The position numbers were made by a program, and so were the translations under genes. Positions 1 to 13,900 of a stretch of DNA of 64,000 nucleotides are shown here, piece by piece. The notes under the pieces are model-generated. The model had not been told where the DNA came from. It saw only the letters and a program-made list of their open reading frames with translations, and searched no databases. The DNA is from Eledone cirrhosa (taxonomy: Eukaryota), in the NCBI GenBank assembly GCA_964016885.1, contig OZ024747.1, positions 7,688,001-7,752,000 of the forward strand, given 5' to 3'. Every line of letters starts with the position of its first letter. Position 1 is the stretch's first letter.

Positions 1-705
1 TAATGACATTTCCAGGCCTCCTTTTTCTGATCATTCGTGACTCTAAGTACACCGGCATCATTCCAGACACATTTATCTCCAACAACATCCTGATTTGCAT
101 TGACACACTGCCTTGCAATGTGGAACACCGCACGCCTCTGATCTTCCCGTCGCAGAAAATTGGCAAACCTCCTACTCTCAGCCTCCCTGCATGCTAAGTA
201 CACTTGTCCTCTAGCTTCCCTCTTAGCGGCTGTATATCCTTCCCTACTCCCACCCTTTTTCCAAGCCTTCCATGCTAGTCTTTTGTCTCTAATGGCCCTA
301 TCTACTGTGCTGTTTCACCACCAGGTCACTCTCTGTCTGGTTGGAGCTCTGCTCCAGCCACAAGTTTCATCAGTAGCCTGCAGTAAGTTGTCACGTAAGA
401 AATTCCAGTTATTATCTATGTCATACGACTCTAAATCGTCTTCTTTTTTCATTATACACATCTTGAAGGGCTTTCCTAAATTTGTATTTTAGTGAAAGGT
501 CTTTTAGCTTCCAGACCTTTCTTCTCCACACCTTCCTGTATGTCTCATTCCATCTCTTGCTTACTGAGATATCACTAACGACTAACCTATGCTGTGGGGT
601 ACATTCTTCCCCAGGGTATGCCTTGGTATTAGACACCATCTGCCTGTTCCGCTGCCTAACTAGTAAGAAGTCAATCTGGCTTATGTGCTCAATCACAAAT
701 ACCAA
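1..705 (-). mobile_element. RTE-clade LINE fragment (end of APE endonuclease plus linker), in an eIF3a intron
   Basis: Minus translation SQIDFLLVR..KAYPGEECTPQHRLVV..KVWKLKD, plus NWNFLRDNLLQATDETCG and RVTWW; homologous to 40800-41430. Confidence 0.85.
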
Positions 706-1447
706 TTGAGGATTGTTGTTTTGTATGGCTCTCTGAGTTGGGACTCTTGGTCATTGACATAATGCAGCGTTTGGTACATGATATGAACTAAGAACTTGTT
801 TGCTCTCACAGTACTCACATAGACATATATGTCTGTTTATGCATATATGTATTCAAATGTGGATGGCCAACCGTTAACTTTACTCATCATGATCATTAGA
901 CCTGTTTTTTCCATGCTTGCATGGATTGGGCTAGTGTTTTGAAGAGTAGTTTTGCTATGGATGCTCTTTCTAATGTCAGATCATCCTCTAAAGTATGGTA
1001 TGTTTTGCTCACTTTTCCCCCAAACCCCTACTCTGCAAAACGTATTGTTTGTGGGAGACAAATATCAACGGTTGTGGGGTCAGTCACCATAAAAACATTT
1101 GCAGCAACAAGTAAACACACATGCACACCTATAAATATATATAATCAACATTGTTACGTCTGTTTTTCCATGCTTGCATGAGTTGGAGATATATATATGT
1201 ATATATATACACATATATGATGGTGCCCCTTTCAGTTCGTATCTACAAAATTCACTCAAGGCATTGGAGTTGAACTTAGAACCATGTGTTTCTGAAGCAA
1301 ACTTCTTAAACAGCCATGCCTACACCTAAATATTAAATTTAAAAAAAATTGTAATGACTCAAATATATTTTTTGGGGAAAAAAACTAAAAAAAAAAAAAA
1401 TCACTCTATTCTACACTTGGTAAATATTTCCCTCTTTGTCTTTACAG

Positions 1448-4400
1448 CTCCGCACACATTTGATGCAAATTAACAAACAGCAGCACCAACAGACTGCCAT
1501 CAACCTGAATAATGTGGAGTCACAGGCAATGCACTTGGAGACGCGTTTGGCTCAGCTGGATAGTGCTATCAGTATGGAGCTGTGGCAAGAAGCTTTTAAA
1601 GCTGTTGAGGACATTTATAACTTGATCAGTTTGTCAAAGAAGCCGCCCAAGCCTGCTCTGATGGCCAACTACTACCAGAAGTTAGGCCTCGTATTCTGGA
1701 AATCGGGAAACCATCTATTTCATGCTTGTACTCTTCATCGGCTTTTCCATCTGTCCAGAGATCAGAAGAAGAATTTGTCTCAAGAAGAATTGCAACGGTA
1801 AAATAACTTCAGCTGATCTGTTTATCCTCTGTAATACATGCTAGCATAAAAATAATTCCTTGTGAAATCATAGCTATCTAACATTTTCTCAGAATTCTCT
1901 CTGAAATATAAACCTGTATGTCTGTGGATTTGATAAATTGTTGTATATGATTTAACACTTTTTGTTTTTTTGTTTTTCATACCTTCTAGAATGGCAACTC
2001 GTGTATTGTGTGCCAGTTTGGCCATTCCGATTCCTCCGGCTAGAAATGCCATTGGTCAGTTATTGGATATGGATGAGAGCACCTTGGATAAACAACGTCG
2101 ATTGGCTACCTTGCTTATGCTCAACAATCCGCCCAACAGACAGCAGCTTATCAAAGATTTGGTATGTTTCTTGCTTTGCCTTTCATCCTTTTGTGCTCGA
2201 TACAGTACAGTACTAGTCCAGGGCAGTGGTTTGGTGGAATTGTTAAAGCATTGAACGAGATACTTTGCAGTATTTGTCTGAAAACCCACAGTGACCTATT
2301 TGTATAGTAGACTTACACCGTCACCCAGTTCAACACCACTACCTGTTTAGTTTCTGAGGATAGACTTTGTATATCATTCTTCTTGGGAAGAAATTTCTGA
2401 AATAAAGAGGTGTAAGGAATTTTATGAAATAATTACCAGTTATATATATATATTTGTGTCAATTCAGTTCACTGTACCAGTTGCTCACAAAAAGTAGTTT
2501 TGTACCAAAAAAGAAGAAATTATATACACTGAGACACACTTATGAATTGTGATTTTTATTAATAAAGTAAAAATCACTGAAACTAGTAAGTAGTTGGCTT
2601 AATGCTTTCAAAGTTTTTGATGGCAACCTCAAATTCTACTTGGTCATTTTGATTTTCTTCTCAGTTAACTAGAAGCTACTCGTGTACATTGTGGTTCCAT
2701 AAGTGACAAGTATATTGTTACAGCAGCATACTGTCACAAAGTGGACCATACAGATTTTTTTGTTGTCCATAACCCACAACAATTCACTGTACACCTACAA
2801 TGACACACACGTGTATGAGTGCACACACTGGTGGGTATTTTATGTATAAAACATCAAACATCCACATAGTTATTGATATATATATAATAATTTCTTTATT
2901 ATTTAATAATAATAATTTCTTTATATAATGAAAAGGATTTGATGCCCAGAAGTTTTAACTGATTCCTATTTGGAGCCTGCGTGGTAGTATTATAAATGTT
3001 TGTGTTATTTATCTGTTGTAGGTGAAGTACAGTGTTATACAGTATGTTTTCCCTGAGCTACAGAACCTTTATCGATGGCTGGAGATTGACTTTCATCCTT
3101 TGAAATTGTCTGATCGAGTGAAATCCTGTATTGAATTTATCAACAACCAATCGGACTTGAAACAATATGTTCCGGCTTTGCAAGATATCATTATTACCCG
3201 TGTACTTAAACAGGTAGGTTAACTATATATTCTCTCTCTCTCTCAGCTTCATAAAACTAACATTATCATTCATTATGCAATATATATTTCATAGCCTTTA
3301 ATGTGCAAGGCAGGTTTGTAGTAAATCCATCATTACACCAGTTATGGAAATCAAAATGTCCACACAAATTGATGTCCTACTGACTATCTCAAACATATAC
3401 TAGATCTTGTGGCAGCAGATGCATACCCATGGGAGTCTATTTACACTGTCAACAGCTGGAAAACAAAGGATAAAATATCTATGACTAGCTAACAGATTTA
3501 TGACACACTAGCCTAGATAATTAACAAGAGGATTTAGACTTCACATCCACCCATACATATCAGATACAATCTTGCTTTCTCTCATGCTCCACATCTTTTT
3601 CTCTTTCTCTTTTTCCATTTCAGTTTTTATTTCTTCTATTTAAATGTTATATTTTTTCGATATATATAACATTAGAGACCTATTGATTCTCTATTCAGTT
3701 TTGTTTATATCTGTCAGATGAAGTGACGTTATCATCTGAGTTCAGCTATAATCAGTGGTGCAATTCCCTGTGTATAAATAAACAATTGTATGATACCACA
3801 GCAGGGTTGTTACAGAAACAGTTGTAATACTGATTTCATGATTCTCTTAGCTTGCCTTGCTCTAGCATATCTGTAGACATATTATTCGCTTCACTTTGAT
3901 TTGGTACTATGCTGTATGCTGCCACATTATAATGTTTTTTATACAGTGTACATATGTTATCATTAATATAATAATGTAATTCTATCTCAATTTACAGGTG
4001 TCTCAAGTGTATCAGACCATAGAATTTAACCGTCTGTCTGTCCTGGTGCCATTTGCTTCTTCATTCCACTTAGAACGTGTGATTGTCTCTTCTGCAAAGC
4101 ATTTAGATCTTCAGGTATGTTACCATCGATTGATACTTCAATATTTATTTTAATTTTTTAAGTACTCAACTGTACAGATTCCTGCTTTAACCATTTCACC
4201 TGTTATTTCTTAACCCTTTAGCATTCAAACCGACAAGATTATGTCCCCTTTCATTTATTCAAACCAACAAAAACCGACATTTAATACCACACGGAGATCT
4301 CCTTCTAAAAATAAACATTTACATCATCGAAATCTCGTCAATTCGAGATTACTGCGAGATAAAACCCTTACGCGCGAAAATTAACTCTTAGTATTGTTAA

Positions 4401-7400
4401 AGAACTTGCGATAACACGTGTTTTTAACGTTGAAAGTGTACATGGCTTCCGAAAGTAGCGACAAGGAATTTGAAGGTTTTACGTCCGACGACATTCGAGA
4501 TCAAAAAGAAACAGATAATATCAGTGGTTTATCTTCAAACGAATCAGATATATTTATTTCTGATATATCTGATAGTCAGTTTGAAAGTGAAAGAGAACAT
4601 TTGACTGACACCATTGAAAAAACACCAACGTGGTTGAAAGAAACAACATTGATACATGTTTCGGATTTTACTGAAAATATTGGACCACAACACACATTAC
4701 CACCCGATGCTAAAGCACTGGATTATTTTTTTTAATTTTTACCACAAACTTTCTTCGAAGTTGTGGCATATCGCTATGTACAAGAACAAATTTCTAATAT
4801 CGGAAAACCCGATCTGTTATGGCGTCCAACAGATTCTGCCGAAATGAAAGCGTTTTTTACCATAAATATTATGTTTGGTATTAAACAATTTCCACGACTG
4901 GAATTATTGGAGTACTGATATAAGGTTTGGTGACCCTTATATATCTAGTATTATGGCAAAAACGAGATTCATCAAATTAAACCAGTATTTGCATCTGGTT
5001 GATACTTCAAATGCCCCTGGTAGAAATTAATCAAATTACGACCCACTATACAAAGTATGACCATTAATTGAAATATTGTCAGAAAAATTTAAAAGTGTGT
5101 ATAAACTTATATATTGGGAACATTCTGTTACGTAAATTTACAGAGTACATTGTCAATATTATTTTGACTGGTGAAAAGGTTTTATACATTTTTTTTCAAT
5201 GAAAATATTTGCCTGGAATGTAGAGAAAGACTAAAACCTGGTACTGATTACACCTGCATTTTTAATTAATTCACCTGTTCGGAAAATTGCTAGAATTGAT
5301 GGAAATCAGCATCTAGGTCATTATTGGATTTTTTTGCAACAAATCTAACAGACAAGGCAGATAAAGTTTAAATTTTTGTGTTTATCCATAAAGTTATTAC
5401 TTTTACACCTGTTAATTAATTTCACCTGCCCATAAAAGTCAAATTTAACAAAAAAAATCAGGTAAAAATATATAATTGTAAATTATAGTTATTTAAACAT
5501 CTACTGACAAAATTTCAAGTCTGCACATAGAAAATTAAAGTAATTACAAACAAATAAAATTGATAACCCTCTTGAGTATAATTAAGTGAAAATAATGCGA
5601 ATAGATGAACATGACATTTGACAATTCAATGTGAATGCTAAAGGGTTAAACCATTCCTTATTACTAACTCAGAGTGATATCAATGCCACTAGGTTGGACA
5701 GGTCTCTTTGAGGCAATGTTTTATGGCTGGCGGCCCTTTCTAACACCAACCCCTTTGGTTACTCTTACCACACATCAGGAATGTATATATGAGGTTACTC
5801 CCTCTTCTTCTTTGTACACAAAAATACATATATGTTAGACTTACACAATAATGTGCAGCTCACTGTATTTTCAATTTATGTCTATCGTAAGAAATATCTG
5901 GATTGACACTTTTTTTTTTCCTTTTTCCTCTCCAGGTGAGAATTAACCATCGCACCAATTCTCTGAGTTTTGGTACTGACTTGGTTCTTGCCCAGAAAGA
6001 AGATATACCTGAAGGCCCCTACATCCAAAGTATGCCAAGTGAACGTATCCGCAATCAGCTTTCCATTATGGCTCAAGTTCTACACAAGTCTGTACAACTG
6101 GTTCGTCCAAAGGAGACTGAGGTATGTTATAAAATGTAGAGGCTTTAGAAAGTACTGCTGTCTTTAAATTTATTATAGAATGTAGCTTCTCTCGAGCAAG
6201 TTGGTTAGTAATTAACTAACTAGCTGGTGTTACTGGTTAATGACTGTTCCACTGGTTAACTAGGTGGTGTTTGAACAGCTTGCAATACGGATCAAATTGA
6301 CTACTTTTGTCTTATATTAAGAATCATTTACCTATGTTTTTCAAGGTGCTGAAAGTATGTAGCCTAAACTACTTATAGAAATGTACACAAGGTTATGCCA
6401 TGTATTTACTAACTGGAGTAACACCAATACAGCATCAGTTATGAATAAATTTAAATAGAGTTCTACCTAGTGTCTTACTATACAGTGGTTGTTGGTAATA
6501 TTACAAAATAAGAACAATAAAGCAGAACATCTTTTGTAAACTATATTTTTTATTATTGTTGTAGATCTGATAAACAAAATACTTTGCAATGCTTCATTGA
6601 ATTTTCTGGGTTCATCTGCTATTTGTGTTGGATTTCTTGGTAGTTGAATGTTTAGTTCCTTGAAGAAAAGGTTTTACTAAAATACTTGACATATTTTTGT
6701 TGATTAAATTTTTATCATTGTCACTTCACTTTTGTAGACTGACAAGGAAGATCAGAGGAAAGAAATGATTGAAACTTACCGTTTGGCAGCAAAGGAGGAG
6801 CACAAAAATATTCTGAAGAGGCGACAAATTATTGAGAACCGTAAAGAACAGCTGGAACATCTTAATGACCAGAGGGTAAGTGGATTCTCTGTCTTCACCC
6901 ACCCATATAACTTTACAGTTTGTATCTGCCTGATTAGCATTCCGATAGATCTGTCTATCTATGCTTATGTCATATGTATACTGTTATGAAAACAACTAAA
7001 CAAAAAATTAGTCTGATAGAATTATATTTGTAGTGACTGGTGGTCATTGTAGGTGCTGACTCTACAAATGGCTAAAAACTGAAGTATCTCAAAATAGAAT
7101 GGCATAGTTATGAAATGGTAGATGTGACCCCGGGCATTTTTATCTCCTCAATGTGTTGTATGTTGTTGACCTGTTTTGTTCCTTGTAGTTTGGATTGATA
7201 TAAAGTAAAGAAGGCTCTCGGGTTAAACTGATAACCCTACTACTGACATATGTTTCTAGGTATGAGGTGAATGAGATATCTCTCTAACTGGAGAGAAATT
7301 CTAATACAGATGGCATTCCCAGATCGTCTGGTACTTGTTTCCTACTGATGGCAGCAGGTATAGTCGCATGGTTAAGCAGCTTGACCAAGTCTTTGTGGGT

Positions 7401-7841
7401 AGAATTTGGTATGTAGGCACTATGTGGTAGCCTGTCATGTATGGTTGTTTAAACCAGCCTCCCTTTACATAACTTTTAGCCATTCTGCCCCCCCCCAACA
7501 TCTAATATAATACAGTGCACTAAAGATGCATTATCTTCTAGATATATACACCTGATGGCAGCATGGAAGAACATGGGTGGGGTAGGGTCATGGTGATGGT
7601 GATGATGATGGTTCTTTTTTTTTTTCAGGAACGGGAGGAACAAGAACAACAGAAAGAGCAACGTCGTAAGGCGTATGAGGCTGAAATGGCCCGCTTGGAA
7701 CGAGATGCCAAGGAACGTGAGAAACAACGCAAGGAAGAGGAACACAAGGAGATTCAAAGGCGTCACGCCAAAGAAAGGATTGAACAGCTCCGCAAATCTG
7801 AAATGGGTGCAAAATTCTTACAAAATATTGATGAAGAAGTG

Positions 7842-7916
<75 letters not shown>

Positions 7917-10900
7917 GGGTTGTTTAATATTGGACATATTTAAATGTATTTCATCCAGCATATCTCAGGTGTTGAATTCTGTATTTTCACGTCCCACTAT
8001 GTTTTGTTCAACTTTATTTCCGACTCTATTTATGGCTGTCTCCTTTTTCCTGTTTTGCACTCTTCTCCGGCTCTATTTGTCCCCTCTTTTAGTCAACTGC
8101 CTCTCATTTCACTTTTATTGTCTGATTGTTTAGGACTTTGCTGATTTGGATGTTGAGGAGATCATGGCCCGTCAAGTGGAACAGCTTGAGAAAGAAAAGA
8201 AGGAGCTACTGGAGAGGTTGAAGGCTCAAGAAAAGAAGGTTTGTTGTGTTAAATTCTGTCTTCGCTGACTACATCTGTTATATTTTGTGATTTCTTCTGA
8301 ACAGATCTTTTTAGTATCTGGTAACTATCAATTTTATGGAGAATTGGTAGAATCGTTAGAATGTCGGATAGAAGGCTTTATGGTATTTGTTCCGGCTCTC
8401 TGCTGTATGAGTCCAAATCCTGCCGAGGTCAACTTTGCCTGTCATCCTTTCGAGGTCAAAATAAAAAAACGTACCAGTCTAGTATTGGGGTAGATTCTTC
8501 CTTTCTCTGGAAGAAATCTGTTGTACTCCGGTCTGGAGAGGGAAGGACTCTGCCAGGCTTAAAATGTCTAAGAAACACTATGTCAATTCAGCGCCCCTAC
8601 GACTCTATCAGGAGTTACAGGACCAAAAAACTTTCAATTACAGTGTTATTGATCTCTTTAGTCTTGGACTATTCACATGACCCAGCTAGTTGATAAAGTT
8701 TCATTTGATGTGTGTGTGTGTAGATTTTGTACATCAGTTTAATGTATAGTGTTGCTGTAATGTGTCATTAATTTTTTGTATAAATATTTATAGGTGGACT
8801 ATTTTGCCCGAGCTAAGAGACTGGAGGAGATACCTTTACTTGAGGAACAATTCAAAGAGGAGAAAGTACAGAATCAGAAATTCTGGGAAGAACAAGAGAA
8901 AGAGAGGGTGAGTTTGGATATAGACTAATACTCTGGTTTATTTGTAACAGTGTTGAAGCACACAGTAACTATGGGGAGAAGTAACACAGTGGTGTGTGTA
9001 ATCCCTCGTAAAACCCTGTTAATAATTGTAAAGAGTCTATATGCTTGGACATTTATATAGAATGTATAAAGTGTTATAAAGTTTATTATTTATTATTTGT
9101 GTATTTCTTATAGATTGAGGGACTTCGGAAGGAACGAGAACTGGCTTTAGAGACATGGAATCGTCTCAATCGCATGAAAGATGAGAAAGTCAAATTTGTT
9201 AAGACTTTATCAGAAGCAAGAAAGTCTGACTTTAATGTAAGTAAAGATGTGATCCTTTTCGATCCCCCTTTTTTTAAACATCTTGTGCAATGTAATGTGT
9301 TAAAGTAGTTGCTGTACTAAAGGAAATCTTTGCTGTGTTAGTATCCAGTGTTGAAGCTATTGGTAGTAAAAATGATTGTCTGTTTCATCATTACAGGATA
9401 GATTGAAGAAATTTGAGGTAAGAATGCAGGAGGAGGCCAAGAGTAGGTTGAAGAAACGCAAGGAGAAACGTAAAAAGGAACGCAGAGAGAAGTACTATCG
9501 TGAGAAGGAGGAGGAAGAAAAACGTTTGAAGGAAGAAATGGAAAGAAAAGGTATATTTCATATGTGGGTGTGTGGTTCTCTTGTGATGTTTTTATGTATT
9601 GGTTTCCATGTCAAACTTCTTCATTCCTATTGTATTACGAGGATTCCATTACACAGTCACTCAAAATGCTTTTACTAGTAGCTAACATCTCTTTCACACA
9701 CACACTATGACCCTTTTCAAGAGTGGTGACAAGGAGAGAGGAAAGTATCCCTAAACTGGAGATCTGGTTCAAATATTTGCAATAGATTGGTATCCAATGG
9801 CCATGTGGTAGTATTAAACTTGGTAAGGGATTAAGTCTATCACCAAAGTTGTCCATGGTGGAATTTGAAATTAGAACAAGATCTGGAACAAATAGCACAA
9901 GGCATCTTGTCTGATGCCGTATCAATTCTGCTAATCTACCATTCTGGACTGGTATTTTATTGTACTATAAAGAGATGAAGGCAAAGATGATTTTATTTAT
10001 ATCTTCAGGTGTGTCAAGTACTAGGGTCTAGAACACTGTATATTTAGAAAAAGATTTATACTGCAGGATATCTAATTAGAATATCTAACAACTGTGTTAG
10101 CTTGCCATGAACAGCCTTCTTTTTGGAGTATCAAGGATTACATTAGCTAATGTATCGTTTCCATTTTAAAGATGGTAGGGTGTGATTTGATAGATATTTA
10201 GTTGCCATCAGGTCGTGAGATTTGGATTATATATATACTATATTTATAAGTTGACTCATGGCGATTGTTATTGTTTAGCTCCAGATCAGCCCGGATCATT
10301 CATTTGATCAAAGCCATTCCAGCTGTCATCACCCCATCTTTTCCTTATGTGTAGGGAACCTAGGACCACATTTTCTGCTGCCCTTTTCTTCAGTTAGTTT
10401 ATGACTTGGTCTATTGACTATTTAAGAATCTAAGTGGGGATTTGCGTAAAAGGTGGGTGGTTGAGATATGTGTATATATCATTTTATAGTGGCATGAGGG
10501 AATGGGGGTATTATAGCCCAGATCAAGTTTTATACAAAATTACTGTCCTTCCTAATACTGGCCACTTGACAAACTGTATTGGCTGTATTTTAGAAATGTT
10601 GAGCTTTGTTTTTTCAGAGCTTAGATTTATTCTGAATTTTCCCTTTAAACATGTACTTTATTGGGTGATGGAGGTAGTAGGGGTTCTTGTTGAGACCCCG
10701 GTTGGTGTACTGATGAAACCAACAGTAATAGGTATTAATAAGTTAATAATCTATTGCAGAAATTGAAGATCGGGAAGAAGCTGATCGACTTGAACGTGAG
10801 AGACGTGAACAGGAGGCTCGAGATAGAACAGCCAAGCTGCAAGAACAGTTTGATAAACAGAGGGCTCGTGAGAAGGAGATCGAGGAGAAAGAGGCACGGA

Positions 10901-13900
10901 GAAGAGAAGAACAGCTGTAAGTAGACTTCGTTTTATAACTGGAGATAATAATGAGGTTGCTAACCTTATTCCCCCCCCCCCCCCCCATACACTCTGGGAA
11001 ATTGCTACATCTATGTTGTTTTTCACCCTCCTACTTAAGACTCATGCAAATGGCTGCATCAGTATTTTTAATAAACTGGTTTGTTATTTACTTCCTTCTC
11101 TTTGTGTCATTTCTAACTGTAGCAGACTGAATATATATTTATTTTTTAATTCTGAAATATGATTTCTGGAAACTGTTGGATCGTGGTTGGTATTTTTTTA
11201 CTTCTAGTGATTCCAACACAGTTTCCAACATTAAAATGTGAGGCCTTTTCAGAAGTGACCCTCGAAACAGGTCAACTTCTTCATTCCACCTCATACAGGA
11301 ACATTACTGAACAATAGCTGACCATTATTCCCTGATAAGCAATATTCTGAAGAAATAACACAGCCTTAATATGTTTCTTAATATAAGATATTTAGGTCTT
11401 AGTATTGTTTAAACACTCTTGTAGGCTATATATATTAGTGATTCTGAAAACTCACAACTAACTAAACCCCCTCCACCCAAGCATCATCTACATGGAATCT
11501 AGACACCAAAGCTGCATAATTCCCTCAACTAAGGCCATGAAAACATTCTTCAATGATATCTTGTAACACTCATTTCCTTCAGCAACACAATCACTAGACA
11601 ACTCAAGAAACAATCTTATATCTCTCCCCCCATTAAATATGAACCACAGACGGCTAGACATTTTGAATTTGTTACAAATGCTAACTTCACAACTTCTCAT
11701 GATCTCTCTTGATAATTTTACAAACTCAACCTAATATAGACTGGTCTTCCTCTTTAGTGTTGTAAAATACTTGAGTTTTCAACATAGCCCGAGCAAGACT
11801 TATTATCCCATATTTGGGGTGGTACTACTACTATTACCACACATACAGCCATCTGAACCAGCCAGCCAGCCAACATACTCCAATTCCTGCTCTACAAACA
11901 TACTGTTTTCGCACTCTGCTTCTACTGCCATGGCATCTGCTTCTCAAAGCAAACTAATCTACCACTTCTAATCAAGCCTAGCTGACTTATTGTGCCCCCC
12001 CCCCCCCCCCCCACTCCCAATCTAAGAAGCCTTGTTCTTTCTTACATTTATATGTTAGATTTTCTATGGGTTGTCTGCTATTTGTGTTGAAACAGATGAC
12101 TCCCCTCCATGCACATTTTTTGAGCTGGCTCAGCAGAAGTGGGCAGAGTAATACATCCTTGTATGTTAGGTTATGATTTCTGGAAACTGTTGGGTCGTGG
12201 TTGGTATTTTTTGTCTTCTAGTGATTCCAACACAGTTTCCAACATTAAAATGTGAGGACTTTTCAGAAGTGACCCTCAAAAATGGTCAACTTCTTCATTC
12301 CACCTCATACAGGAACATAACTGGACAATAGCTGACCATTATTCCCTAATAAGCAATATTCTGAAGAAAAAACTACCTTAATATAGCTAGGTATTTGAAA
12401 GATCTTAGTGTTGTTAATATATATTAGTGATTCTGAAAACTCTCAAATAACTAAACCCTCTCCACCCAAGCATCATCTACATGGAATCTAGACACCAAAG
12501 CTGCATCATTCCCTCAACTAAGGCCATGAAACCATTCTTCAATGATATCTTGTAACACTCATTTCCTTCAGCAACACAATCACTAGACAACTCAAGAAAC
12601 AATCATATCTCTCCCCCCATTAAATATGCATGGTCTGGACATGTGTAAATATCGAGAGAAAAAAATTCAATATGGAGTTATTTTAGTTTTGAGTTGCTAG
12701 TATGTATTGAGAAAGTTAAACTAACTATTCCATTGTGTTAGGGTCATTGACAGCTATTGGGTTTGTTTGTTTTTTTGCATTAAGTATTATATACTATTAT
12801 CAGTTTATCATAGTATATTTACAACTTTTAAGTGTATTTCTTGATGGTCAAATTTTGTTTTACAGTAGAGAGAAGCAGCGTGATGCAGAAACTGCCCCTC
12901 ACTCTTGGCGAGAAACACCTAAATTGGAAACGGTTGTTGACGTAGCTAAAGAGAAAATGCCATGGAAACCAGTGTCCAAAGAAGGTGGTTGGCGTGATCG
13001 TACCATACAGAGGGAGGACAGCTGGCGCAAGCCAGATTCTAAGTAAGTATTCATCTATCAATGGGCAAATCTTTTTCTTTTAATTTAATTTTATTAATGT
13101 CTTACAGCATTTCTCTATTGTTTATTAGAACTATTCCACGTGTAAATGTTCCTTTTCCCTAAGGTTTTAGGAGTAAATCAAGGATGAAGAAATATTATAG
13201 AGCAATAATCATGGTGGTCTAAATCAAATATAGGTTTCTTCAAATTCATTATCACACAAACGTTTACTTCAGAATAATTTATGGCTTGTTTTGTTGATTT
13301 TCCTCTAGTCTGTTGTTGATTAATTTATGTATTTATTTTCCTCCATCTTAGCAAAGAATCTGAAGATATGAACTGGAAACCTGGCAAGACTGAGCGTATT
13401 CCTGCACGAGACGTGAGGCAAGAAACCCCTCCTGATGAACCAGAAAAGGAGGATGAAAGCTGGGCCAGCTCTACTGAACCGCCACTTAAAGATACTCCAT
13501 TTAGAGAGAGCACAACTCCATCCAAATACCCCCCAGAACCAGTGACACCCAGAGACAGCTGGCGAGAAAAGGGTTTGAAGGATGTTGATAGAGGAGACAG
13601 GTTAGTTTAATGTTTGAGATTTACTACTTTCTATAAAATCTTTACCTGATTAGAATCTGGTTTAAGTTTGGTTTTCTATATTTCAGAATCCGTGATGAGA
13701 GATGGGGTCGAAGAGAGGATCGTCAAGTTGGGGATGATGATGAATGGGGAAAATCAACAAGAGGTTCTGGTAGAGATATGTGGAGAGGAGGTTCTCGTGA
13801 ATTTAACAGAGATGAGAGCAGTAGCTGGAGAGATAGAGGTGCTGCTCCTGCTGAAGACCGCTGGCGCAGTTCACGTGATGAGCGAGGCCCAGCAAGAGAT

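Larger units (their letters stand above)
11158..12628 (+). repeat. Local ~470-bp direct duplication (11158-11640 vs 12172-12628) carrying the snoRNA-like unit
   Basis: Both copies run from TATGATTTCTGGAAACTG to CCCCCCATTAAATATG with high identity. Confidence 0.9.

Noticed and set aside
6594-6695. Additional H/ACA-like hairpin in an eIF3a intron (also 14795-14895)
   Set aside because: Only one hairpin is apparent; no complete hairpin-H-hairpin-ACA layout.
7260-7275. 16-nt antisense match (GTATGAGGTGGAATGA) to the 3' end of the snoRNA-like unit
   Set aside because: The match does not extend convincingly, and about one 16-mer match is expected by chance among all position pairs in 64 kb.
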